A stretch of DNA of 49,005 nucleotides from Octopus bimaculoides. Its lineage: Eukaryota. The notes below the pieces were generated by a model. That model did not search any database and had not been told where the DNA came from. It saw nothing but the letters and a program-made list of their open reading frames with translations. How positions within the stretch are numbered: position 1 is the stretch's first letter; every line of letters begins with the position of its first letter. Position numbers and translations under genes: made by a program. The stretch lies in the NCBI RefSeq assembly GCF_001194135.2, contig NC_068984.1:62405522-62454526 (forward strand), written 5' to 3'. Below, in pieces: positions 34,870 to 45,922 of this stretch.

Positions 34870-34941
34870 TATATCATCATCATCAACATCGTCGTTGGAC
34901 GATTTGACTGAGGACTGGTGAAACCAGATGGCTACACCAGG
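34870..34941 (-). mobile_element. RTE LINE 3' end fragment cut by an N gap
   Basis: catcatcatcaacatcgtcgttggacgatttgactgaggactggtgaaaccagatggctacaccagg. Confidence 0.8.
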
Positions 34942-35041
34942 NNNNNNNNNNNNNNNNNNNNNNNNNNNNNNNNNNNNNNNNNNNNNNNNNNNNNNNNNNN
35001 NNNNNNNNNNNNNNNNNNNNNNNNNNNNNNNNNNNNNNNNN

Positions 35042-35580
35042 CCTGTATCCTCCGGGGTTTGGCTAAATCCAATACCCTCCTCAACCTTATAAAAATTACT
35101 ACTACGTATCTCTTTTTCCCCCCTCGTATTTCCCCTCGTTGCTCACCTATTCTTCTACTTCCTCCCTTTGTTTCTCCCTCTGCCACTCTCTCTCTTCCCC
35201 TTACACCGGCATGGTCACATGCTTCCGGTCAATAATCCTTTTCTCCCTTGGCTGTCGCTGAGCAAACACACGAACCATTTCGTCCCTACTTTCAAATTCG
35301 TGCCTCACAGCGTTCACACGCAAACAATTTTTCTCGTCTGGCCGTAAAGCCTTTTCTGTTTGTTTTCCTTTCTTGTTTTTTGTCCGCCACTACATTCCTC
35401 CATGGCAAGATTTAATTTGTGTATAGAAATTTAATTTGCGGTCCATGGGAAGAGCTGTTTTAACGATGCGTCCTACCTAGCTCTTCGAAACGCCGGTGTT
35501 AAAACGGAGGTAGCTGATGAAGTAGAATGTTCTCTATGTGGCTTGTGTGTTTTCTCGTCTCTGTNNNNNNNNNNTAGGAA
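35042..35580 (+). mobile_element. Probable PLE 3' region with hammerhead-like module
   Basis: Starts LYPPGFG* (cf. the TLxPxGLN ending of PLE ORFs), then a pyrimidine-rich tract, the stem gaagagct/agctcttc plus GAAAC and the palindrome acgccggtgt, and a GAG|GTAG donor at 35510. Confidence 0.45.
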
Positions 35581-35588
35581 TACTCAGT

Positions 35589-35631
<43 letters not shown>

Positions 35632-35846
35632 TCACACACACACACAGACACACACACAAATGTATATCCCTTCACATATTTGTGTATGTATATATGAGTG
35701 TGTATCTACATTTTTCTCCTACCTAACAATACATACATACATTCATACATATGTACAAACATACATACATTACATGCATGCAAAAATACATATGTATGTA
35801 CATAATACTTGTGTGTTATGTATGTGTGCATATATATATATATCTA

Positions 35847-35897
<51 letters not shown>

Positions 35898-36254
35898 ATA
35901 TATATATATAAATTTATTCCCAGCAGAACCACATTGAAAGCAACAATTGGTTATAACAATTATTAATACCGTTATTATCTTTATCATTCTTGGAGTTTTA
36001 ATATTGCTATTAGAAACCAAAGAAAACATTTAATCTAGCAAATTATATACTGTTATCATTTTAACGAAAGGTAGACGCCATATATTTCTGCAGTTGTATG
36101 AAATGAGGGAAAATTGTTTAAATACCCATTCAGAGGAAGATTATCAATTTTAGCATATACCATTATTTACATTGTAATATATGTAATTCTGAGATAAGGT
36201 ATATATGTTTTCTCATCATTTGTGATAATTCTGGTAGGTGTGCATTAAGAGGTT

Positions 36255-36395
36255 TGCTCTGTAGCTACATAGATCTTGGTTCAGTTTCACTGTTTGGCAA
36301 CTTGGGAAAATATCTTTTACTACAGCTCTGGATGGACCAGATCCTCATGTGTGGCTTTTGTAGACAGAAACTCAGACACCTGTCATACACACACG

Positions 36396-36441
<46 letters not shown>

Positions 36442-36518
36442 AATAAATATGCAAATATATATATATATATAGAGAGAGATAGATAGATAGAGAGATCTAT
36501 GCATGTGTGTGAATGTGC

Positions 36519-36566
<48 letters not shown>

Positions 36567-36576
36567 NNNNNNNNNN

Positions 36577-36614
<38 letters not shown>

Positions 36615-36900
36615 CATACATACATACATACATACATACATACATACATACATACATACATAAATATAGTATACGTATTTGTATATATATTTAAGTGCGT
36701 GTCTTTATGTTTGTATTAACCGTCACCACTTGACAATTGGTGTTGGTCATTTACATCTTCATACTTAACAGTTTAGCAAACAGTGATTAATTTAATAATA
36801 AGTGTCAGTTTTATAAAATAAATAATGGAGTCAGTTTGTTTGACTAACTCTTTCGAAATGGTGCACAAAGACTGAAACAAGTCACAGATAAGAAAAAGAT
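36255..36900 (+). mobile_element. Bipartite SINE family A with expanded internal microsatellite
   Basis: Head 36255-36385, (AC)/(AT)/(ATAC) tract, tail 36715-36900. Confidence 0.7.
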
Positions 36901-36929
36901 ATAATTAAGTTCATCATAGTAATTTTATT

Positions 36930-37430
36930 TCACTTGTTTAAGTCACTGGAATATGGTCATGATAAAGGCACTGCCTTGAAATATTTTCATTCATATTTAA
37001 CAGAAAATTAAGTCAATATTTCATTTTCAGTGAACTCAAGAAATATTTTCCAGGATGGGACACCACTTTGAAGGGTTTGCTAGTTGAACGAATCAACATC
37101 AGTATATATTTTTCAAGCCTGCTACTTATTCTCTTTGTCTCTTTTGCCAAATCACTAAGTTACAGGAATGTAATCTAACAAGGACCAGTTGTCAAGCAGA
37201 AGTGGGGGACAAACACAAGCACAAACACATATGCACACAGATTTACACACATACACATATAACACTACTAACCTGACTACCAGACGTTGTTACATAAGTC
37301 TGGTCACAATGCACTTCCTTATATTGTGGTGGTGGTGGTAGTTGTGGTGTCTGTGTGCGCATGTGTGTAAATATATATACAAGCTTCTTTCATTTTCTGC
37401 CTACCAAATCCTCTCACATGACTCTCATAA
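36930..37430 (-). mobile_element. SINE family A tail(s) and head fragment
   Basis: cttgtttaagtcactgg...aaggcactgccttgaa, ttttgccaaatcactaagttac, agcttctttcattttctgcctaccaaatcc. Confidence 0.65.
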
Positions 37431-37779
37431 ATTTAGTCAGTTTAGCCTGATCCTGTCTAAACAACAACATACACAAGTAAATGACTGCGTCCTTTGACGT
37501 CATTTGATCAACTCCAACAAAAAGGAATTGCTGGTACAATTTTGTATATTGATGTTTCTGAGTTAGCCTGACCCTGGCTAAACATCGACTATACAAGCAA
37601 ATAAATGTGTTCTTTGAGGTCATTTGATCAGCAAAAAAATTTCTAATAGGCTAATTTTTATAAATAAATATATGTTAGTAGCAGGAAATGTTCAGGGTTC
37701 TACTTTCAAGTTTTGTTTCCTTTTGCTTCCGTTTTTTTTTTATCGTTTGTCACTACCAAATCATCAGAAAATGTTTTTA

Positions 37780-38500
37780 CTTTTCGATAAAAGAACTGTA
37801 GGGTAGTGGCCATGTTTTCGTAGGTTTTTCAGGGCTTGAAAGGAAGGATTGACTTTAACGTCAAAATGGCGATCATACCCAAAAGCTTACAACAGAATTC
37901 TTCTCTGATAAATGTACCAAAGAGCCTGGTGAAACTATTCAGTTAACCATCTAAAAATTTATAAAAGAGCAAAAAACCCACAAAACATTTCATCTTATGA
38001 ATCTAACTATTATGCCATTCCATCTCACTAGAAAACATTATTTTGCTTTTCATCCTTTCGGAGTCGATAAAATAAGTACTAGTTGAGCACTGGAGTCAAT
38101 GTAACCAGCTTAACCCCCCACCACACCGAAATTGCTAGTCTTGTTCCAAAATTTGAAACCAATATTAGTAAAGTATGCTTTAAGATTGTTATTTTGATAA
38201 CAAAAATTTTAAAGGTTTTACCTTTATATTCTTCAATTTATCAACATGGTTTACCTTTACTCCAGACGATTCGCTAAGTTAGATAATATTTTCCTTTTGA
38301 TATGATCATGTAACGCAGTCACAAGATTTAAATTCATAGCATTAACAATGAAATCTGCAGAAATACAGTTATCATCGAAGCCATTGCAAACAAAATATTA
38401 AGTTCACCTTGCATCACGTAACAATTTACTTCTATGACGTAAAATATTATTATGACAGCCAGCAGTTTTTTTCAGCTTTTTAGCCAATGAAATCAAAGCA
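37780..38500. promoter_or_regulatory. Candidate promoter region
   Basis: CpG visibly more frequent than in the flanks. YY1-like caaaatggcg 37862-71, CRE-like tgacgtaa 38435-42, NF-Y agccaatga 38482-90, and minus-strand aaaacATGG at 37813. Confidence 0.35.
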
Positions 38501-38689
38501 TTACGAAAGTTGTAAGAAGTTTCAACAAGTTATAATGAATAGAGTCATGCGAAATGAATGTACGTAGAGTTATCTAAACAACTGAAAAAGAAAGAATCAT
38601 CATCGAAGGTCTTTTGCGAAAGAAAAGGGGGGAAAAAAAATGAGATGTAGCTACTGTGAACGTTCATGTACACAATTCGAAGATTTAAA

Positions 38690-39740
38690 ATTAGAAGTCC
38701 ACTTCTGGACCCTTTTTGAGGTTTCGAGGTACATAGATTTTCAAGAGCATACTGGAAGGTAATCTCTGATATGCACGTGAAAGGTTTCCTGCCGAGCGCT
38801 GCTTGTTAGAATGGAAATTCAATGTTGCAAAGACTGAGACACTCGTCTTCTTAAGGAATTCTTGGCCATGCAACAATCCACATGTGAGTGGAATTCCAGT
38901 GACGCAGGTTCGGGGCTGTTTTCATGGGTGATGGAATGCAAGAGGCTGATATAAGTGCAAGAACTGCGTGCAAGCAGTGGTGCAGAAATATGTCAGCTTC
39001 AACATTCCACCATGAGAAGAAGAGAGGTAGGAGTAAACACTAGCGTAGCTAGAGAAAGGTGGAGAAGGCTGTCCAGCCCGGGTGGAAATTTTATGGGGGT
39101 GGCGTCACTGTTAGGTCTGCTGTAGGCTAAGTCTGTACAGGCTGTATTGAAATCAAATAATAGAGATTTTAATACCGAGACATGGACACGACTACCGTTA
39201 AATACAACAATCGATTTAGTCACTGTGCAATATGTATTTTTTTGTGGGGCCTGGGGGCGACAAAATGACGGGCTGCCCCGTGTGACGCACACTCTAGCTA
39301 TACTACTAGGTGTAAAAGCCAAACTCACTATCTTCAATTCGGTGGTAGTCCCTACTCTTAAATATGGTCATGAATCTTGGGCAATGACAGAAAGAATATG
39401 ATTGCAAATACAAGCGGCCATGGTGAGGATTCCTTGGAAGGGCCTTTGGAATAACATTACTTAATAGAGTGTGTGGCTCGGAGATTATAGAGGTGCTCCA
39501 GGTAGAGCTGCTACTTCTCCGAATTGAGAGATTGCAGATCGAGTACTACGAGCATGTAGATCCAGAACAAGAAAGTTGGATTACAAACATGAGCTCAGCT
39601 GATCTCACTTGGCGATTGCGCCGGATTAGTTGGAGACAGTTCCTTATGCCAGGAACCCAAGGAAGGCATTCTTGAGGACTCTGCCCCCGATGGCCCTGCC
39701 AGAAATAAGTGGGCGAAGAAGATTAGATGAGAAGGACACT
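38690..39740 (+). mobile_element. Decayed RTE-clade LINE (second family), C-terminal RT region
   Basis: WKFNVAKTETLVF, GAVFMGDG, VKAKLTIFNSVVVPTLKYGHESW, EVLQVELLLLRIERLQIEYYEHV. Interrupted by a MITE. Confidence 0.85.
39038..39308. mobile_element. hAT-like MITE nested in the RTE relic
   Basis: TIRs cactagcgtagctagag / ctctagctatactacta and an 8-bp TSD ggagtaaa (39030-37) / ggtgtaaa (39309-16). Removing the MITE restores the frame RRREVGVKAKLTIF. Confidence 0.85.
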
Positions 39741-39954
39741 TTAGGAGTTTAACGAGCAAATTACAATTTTCTCCTGCGTCACATAAACTTGTAAAGATAC
39801 GAGTTAACCATAAAAATGTGGGTCTCACAGAATCGTTTAATCCCTTGTCTTAAATAAGTATATTTGCTTTCAACTTGTTACATGTGGGACCTATCTTTTG
39901 AGTTTATAAACTTGTGGTAAAAACCTATGGTGATGGTTGCGGTCATGAAAGTGT

Positions 39955-40060
39955 CACGTTCACGCGCGAAGACACAGCTGACGTCAGCAGACTTTGCTTC
40001 TTACTATGGAGACAGATGTTAATATGAGATGTATATAATGTTAGTTTGTGATTGGCTAAA
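39955..40060. promoter_or_regulatory. CRE plus CCAAT motif cluster
   Basis: 12-bp palindrome gctgacgtcagc (39977-88) containing TGACGTCA, gattggct at 40050-57, and CpG-rich cacgttcacgcgcg. Confidence 0.3.
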
Positions 40061-40454
40061 ATTACCGGAGATTTGCAAACTTTGGAAGTTATCAATATTT
40101 TATTTTTTAGTATATGGCAAAAATGAATTTTATTTTCATAATTAGCATACAAAACAAAGTCGGTATAACTAAATATGAAATCAGTTGGGAAAAAATTGAA
40201 AAGTACGAAATCTGTGACAGCAACCGAGAAAATCCCAATCAGTTTCTGAATTAATTGAGATATCACTAGAAGATGCAATGCAAATAAGTACCTGTGCAAA
40301 TGGCATAATGAGGGTGTTAATTTTTTTTTTAATTATGGTATTTCATCAGTTCTTTTTATGAAATAATGGCATGTCATTGTCGTCATTTCTGGTCAATTAC
40401 CATTTATTTTAAAGCCTTAAATTGCGTCTTAGCCTATATATATATATATATATA

Positions 40455-40570
40455 TAAAGGGCTGGCCTTCACACATTTTGTGTCACGCTAAATCACTCTC
40501 AGAACTACGGTAAAGGTACGTGTGTTTCTGGAGTGCTCAGCCACTTGAATGTTAATTTCATGAGCAGGCT
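40455..40570 (+). mobile_element. SINE fragment (third tail type)
   Basis: cacattttgtgtcacgctaaatcactctccagaactacggtaaaggtacg...gtgctcagccacttgaatgttaatttcatgagcaggct; recalled as a cephalopod SINE tail. Confidence 0.45.
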
Positions 40571-40574
40571 ACCC

Positions 40575-40653
<79 letters not shown>

Positions 40654-40999
40654 CACATACTAGTATGGTCAATGGACGTTAAATGATGGTGATGATGATG
40701 AGGATAATGATGTGTGTGTGTGTGTGAGTGTGTGTGTGTGTGTGTGTACACGAAGAATTAGGATAGCCAGGTTATTGTCCCCTTAACCTCTCTCTCTTTG
40801 CTCAGCTGTAGGTAAAGACCAACAGAAACTCTGAAACTATGAATGAGCGATGTCTTCATCTGCACCTACTAAAAATTGTAATGAGATCTCACAAATCTTA
40901 TGCCTTATCATCTTAAAAAAAGAAGTATGCATTTGATGTCTCTCTGTCTGTCTGTCTCTTTTTTTTCTCTCTTCAACTCTATATCCTGAGATCTGGGAA

Positions 41000-41600
41000 T
41001 GTTTTAGTGTGTCCCCTCAAGACTACACATTTATGGTGTATGTTAATGGAACTTCCTCAGACGTAGTCTCTATTAATTCTGGTGTAACTTTTTATTTCTT
41101 CCTAAAGTTCTTAACTCACGTGTCATCTGTATACATCTGGGGAAACCATGCCATAATATGTCTTGACTTTGTGAACAGGGATCTTGAAAATATCCAGTGT
41201 AGTCATAACAATATTGTTTCCTACAACAGAACAAAAAGGATCCTCGTTACACAAGAAAATACTATAACTCCCTGATCTATAAACATAGATAACCTGCAGC
41301 AAAAATTTTCCAGGTTGCTAGAAATTCTAGGTTTCACTATCAGTAAGGGACTCTTCTGGTGGAAACATTCTCAACAAAGCCAAACCAAATCAGAAAATTT
41401 GCTTTTCTCTTCTATGTGAGAAACATGTCAAACCCAATATTTTATTCATGCTCTGCAAACTTAGGTGCGCAATTTAATACTGCCTGCACATCTGCAGGAA
41501 TGTTCTTGGCCACACATATCTATACATTGAGACTGCATCACCAAATGCCACTCAAATAATTGGCATGAAGTTACCTATGAACACACTCCAACATTTGATT
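41000..41600 (+). mobile_element. Decayed CR1/L2-group LINE RT C-terminal region
   Basis: YTFMVYVNGTSSDVVSINSGV, RDLENIQ, LEILGFTISKGLFWWKH and YCLHI fragments in the order expected for CR1-type RT. Confidence 0.7.
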
Positions 41601-41619
41601 CATTGATATTCTTTCTAGT

Positions 41620-41830
41620 ATAGCCACAATGCCTGAAATTCTACAGAAGACGTTAGCTGATTACACTAACTCCATGCTTAACTGGTACTTATTTTATCAA
41701 CTTTGAAAGGATGAAAAGCAAAGTTGACTTCAGCAGAATTTGAATTCTGAATTTGAAGAGTCAGAAGGAATACCACCAAGCTCTTTGTTCAACATGAAAA
41801 TGATTCTGCCAACTTGTTGCCCTTGCTCTT
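41620..41830 (-). mobile_element. SINE family B
   Basis: ctggtacttattttatcaactttgaaaggatgaaaagcaaagttgacttcagcagaatttgaattc. Confidence 0.75.
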
Positions 41831-42139
41831 CTGTTTCATAGCTATGCTATCTCCTTTCAAGCCACTAACTCTTCTCACGTCACCTTAACTCAAACACTTG
41901 CAATACATTACTTTCTACATAATTACATACAGCAAAATTAGAAGTGACTAAAAGAATATGAATAAACAAAGGCATACGTTTAATGTCAGACTAAAAACCA
42001 GAAATTATGAATTAAATTCTACATAAATCAAAAGAGGAAAAAAAAACCTGAATAAAAGTATAATACAAATAAAAATATGATGACTGATCTATGAGTGCAG
42101 CTAAAACTGAGGGTATAAAAATCATTTGATAGCAGTTTT

Positions 42140-42287
42140 ATTGTTGTGTGGTTGAGAAGTATGATTTATAACTGTGTGCTCTTGGCTTCAGTTCCACTAT
42201 TTGGCACCTTGTGCAAGTATCTTCCACTATAGTTTAAGGCTGAGAAAAGCCTTGTGAGATTTGGTAGATGGAAACTGAAACTAGGCC

Positions 42288-42357
<70 letters not shown>

Positions 42358-42890
42358 ATGTATCATCATTATCATTGTAATCATTTAATGTTCCTTTTCC
42401 ATACTGTCATGAGTTGGAATAGGATGGTTTGACTGGAGCTGGAGAGCTGCACCAGCTTCCACTTTGATTTAGCTAGATTTGTATGGCTCTATACCCTTCC
42501 TAGCAACAACGAATAAATGGAGTATGATGGGTGCTGTTTACGTGACACTGGCACAGGTGATTTTTATGTGGTATGGGTGATTTTTGTATGGCCTGTTATG
42601 AGTGCTATTTCCATGGCACTGGCATAGGCATATATATATTATGCATGTGTGCGCGTGTGTGTTTTTGACTTAGTCGTATGTGTTATATTTCTTCTCAATC
42701 ACTGCTTGGCAACAGGTATTAAGCTTGTTTATATCCCCATAACCTAGCAGTTCAGTGAAACAGACCAACTGAATAAGAACGAGGCTTAGAATTAAACTAA
42801 CTAAACCATTTTTAGTTTTTAACGAAACACTTCAAGGCAGTGTCCCAGCACAGTCACAGTTCAATGATTGAAAGAAGTAAAAGGTAAAAG
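42140..42890 (+). mobile_element. Bipartite SINE family A interrupted by an RTE 3' end
   Basis: Head 42140-42290, (AT)n, RTE tail 42360-42610, SINE tail 42690-42890. Confidence 0.7.
42360..42610 (-). mobile_element. Decayed RTE 3' end copy
   Basis: tcatcattatcattg...catttaatgttccttttccatactg...tacccttcctagcaac...tgggtgctgtttacgtgacactggcac. Confidence 0.7.
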
Positions 42891-43934
42891 ATATTCTCCC
42901 TAATGTCAAAGTTAAAGATATTTTGCTACTGGCTTATAATAATGAACAAAACAGTAGTAACAATTAAATCTCAAACAGAATTGTATACACTCTCCTCTAG
43001 ATATTACTGAGTCAGTGATTTTTAATATAGCAATTTTCACATCATTCTTTTGCCTACTATTGAATATAAAATAAATGGTAACATTCTGAAAATAATTATA
43101 GTTTACTGAAGTTTTATCTCCTCATGCAAACAGAGGATAGCACATTTCCTAACTGTAGCTAATTAACGTGAAAGCTTAGATACAAGGATCTATCATTTGC
43201 ATTTTTCTGATAGCCACGGATACAAATTTTAATAGCATAGACAAAGCAATCACCAAGCTATTTTGCAGATTTGGCAAAATTCAGAATACAAAGTTTAACA
43301 AATGTATTAGGAATACATACACTTTGGAAAGATAAATCAAAGAATAATTTAATTTCAGAGATTTCTCATTAATTATTAATCAAACTTTAACTGTGTGTCT
43401 CAACCCACAATCTGATCCTACTCAGACATCCTGGTTTGTTGAGTTTGCTTTTTTCTATACTTAAATCTTTATACTGGGAGAGAAATAAAACAAAGGTTCC
43501 TTTCATCGATTGATTCAATGCTTGATTCTAGCAATATATAATTTTCTATAATTGCAGCCTGAAAACTGCAGTTACTGCAGTTATTGAAAATGTCATACAC
43601 AGAACAATAATAAGTATATGAAATAGCACAAAAACTGCCCCAGGTCAATAATTTAGCTCTTACCACATGTGAAGATAAAAGAGTTAGATTGATTTATTTC
43701 TGAAATAAGGTGATATTTAACGAGAAAATTAAAAAAAACAAAACAGAATGACAAATAAGCAAGGTCAATACAAAACAGAATTCAGTATAATTTTCTAAAC
43801 TAATTGATCCACAATAAAAGTAAGTAGCATTAATACTAGAAATGCTGTGTCTTGTTTCTTTAAATCTTTCATCCAGAATATCGTTGATCTTGTGATATTT
43901 ATTTATAACCAAACTAATATCTTTTATGGCTTCA

Positions 43935-45480
43935 TCACCATGATCATCATCATTGTCGTTTAACGTCCTCTTTTCATGCTGGCATGGGTTGGACGGTTTG
44001 ACTGAAGGCTGCCAAGCCAGAAGGCTGCACCAGGCACCAATCTGATCTGGCAAAGTTTCTACAGCTGGATGTCCTTCCTAATGCTAACCACTCCATGAGT
44101 GTAGTGAGTGCTTTTGCATGCCACTGGCACAAGGGCTACTCAGGTGGTACTGGCAATGACCACGCTCAAATGGTGCTTTTTATTTCTCTCCCAGTAAAAG
44201 GATTTTACCTTTGCATTGTCAAGCAGATCTGGCAACAGCCATGCTCAAATGGTGCTTTTTATGTGCCACCGGCATGGGAGCAGTCAGCTAGCACTGGCAT
44301 CGACCATGCTTGAATGGTGCTTTTTAAATGCCACCAGCACAGGAGCCAGTCACGCGACTCTGGCAATGATCAAGCTTGAATGGTGCTTTTTATGTGCCAC
44401 CAGCACGGGACCAGTCAGGCAGCATTGGCAACTACCACGCTCGAATGGTGCTTTTTAAATGCCATGAGCATGAGTACGAATCAGGCATAATTGTCATTGG
44501 CCATGACAGTGATTTCACTTGTCTCAACAGGTCTTCACAAGTGCAGTTTATTGCCCAATGATTGAAGGGTACTCTTAAATGGGCAGTTATGCTGCACTGG
44601 CATAGGTTATGGTCTCACTTGGCTTGCTGGGTCTTCTCAGCACAACGTATCTCCAAAAGCTTTGGTCACTTGTCATCGCCTCTGTGAGGCCTAACGTTCG
44701 AAGGTTGTGCTTCACCACCACATCCCAGGTCTTCCTGGGTCTACCTCTTCCACAGGTTCCCTCTACTGCTAGGGTGTGATACTTTTTCACACTACTGTCC
44801 TCATCCATATGCAATACATGACCATGCCAACGCACTCATCTCTCTTGCACAGCACATCTGATGTTTCTTATGTCCAACTTTTCTCTCAGGGCGCTTACAC
44901 TCTGTTGTGTATGGACACTGACTTTACACATCCAGCAAATCATAGTAGCTTCATTTCTTGGAAGCTTATGCATATCCTCACCAGTTATGGCTCATGTTTC
45001 ACTGCCATGTAGCATGGCTGTTCGAACACATGCATCATACAGTCTACCTTTTACTCTGGGCAAGAGACCTTTGTCACCAACAGAGGTAGGAGCTCTCTGA
45101 ACATTGCCCAGGCTATTCTTATTCTAGCAGCTACACTCTGAAAGCATCCACCCCCTTTACTGACTTGGTCACCTAGGTAACGGAAGCTATCAACTACCGG
45201 TTTCTTCCCCTGGCATGTGACAGAAGCTGTTTTCTGCACATTTTCAGTGCTTATTGCCCCTGAGCATTTGCCACACATAACAACTATCTTCCCAGTTAGC
45301 CTTCCTTTGATTTTACTGCACCTCTTATGTGTCCATAACTTACACCAAGTACATCTTATGGAGTTTCTACCTATGCCTTTTCTACAAATCGAGCAGGGTC
45401 ATCTACCTGAAGGGCTTCATGTAACATGAATAAAAGAACCATCATAGTGAGAGGGATCAAGTTTAGCAGTTAAATATTAC
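43935..45480 (-). mobile_element. 5'-truncated RTE LINE (same family as 8064-9940) with complete 3' UTR
   Basis: PHD finger, VVDSFRYLGDQVSKGGG, RIRIAWAMFRELLPLLVTK, RWHGHVLHMDEDSSVKK...GRGRPRKTW. Five ~65-nt UTR units and a (GAT)n tail. Confidence 0.95.
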
Positions 45481-45691
45481 TATCATTGCACAGTGACTGG
45501 TTTATACATATATATATATGTATATNNNNNNNNNNNNNNNNNNNNNNNNNNNNNNNNNNNNNNNNNNNNNNNNNNNNNNNNNNNNNNNNNNNNNNNNNNN
45601 NNNNNNNNNNNNNNNNNNNNNNNNNNNNNNNNNNNNNNNNNNNNNNNNNNNNNNNNNNNNNNNNNNNNNNNNNNNNNNNNNNNNNNNNNNN

Positions 45692-45723
<32 letters not shown>

Positions 45724-45756
45724 ATTACTGTCAATCAGAAGTTTTGAAACAGAAGC

Positions 45757-45922
45757 ATCCACTACACTCTCAGAGTGGTTGGTGCCATTAAGAAGGGCAT
45801 CCAGCTGTAGAAACTCTGCCAGATCAGATTGGAGCCTGGTGCAGCCATCCGGTATGCCAGTCCTCAGTCAAATCGTCCAACCCATGCTATCATGGAAAGC
45901 GGATGTTAAATGATGATGATGA
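45757..45922 (+). mobile_element. RTE LINE 3' end copy
   Basis: cactacactctcagagtggttgg...catggaaagcggatgttaaatgatgatgatga. Confidence 0.9.

Noticed and set aside
44150-44470. Regularly spaced ~65-nt repeats as a CRISPR-like array
   Set aside because: The whole units are homologous (no unique spacers), they sit in a LINE 3' UTR, the genome is eukaryotic, and there are no cas genes.
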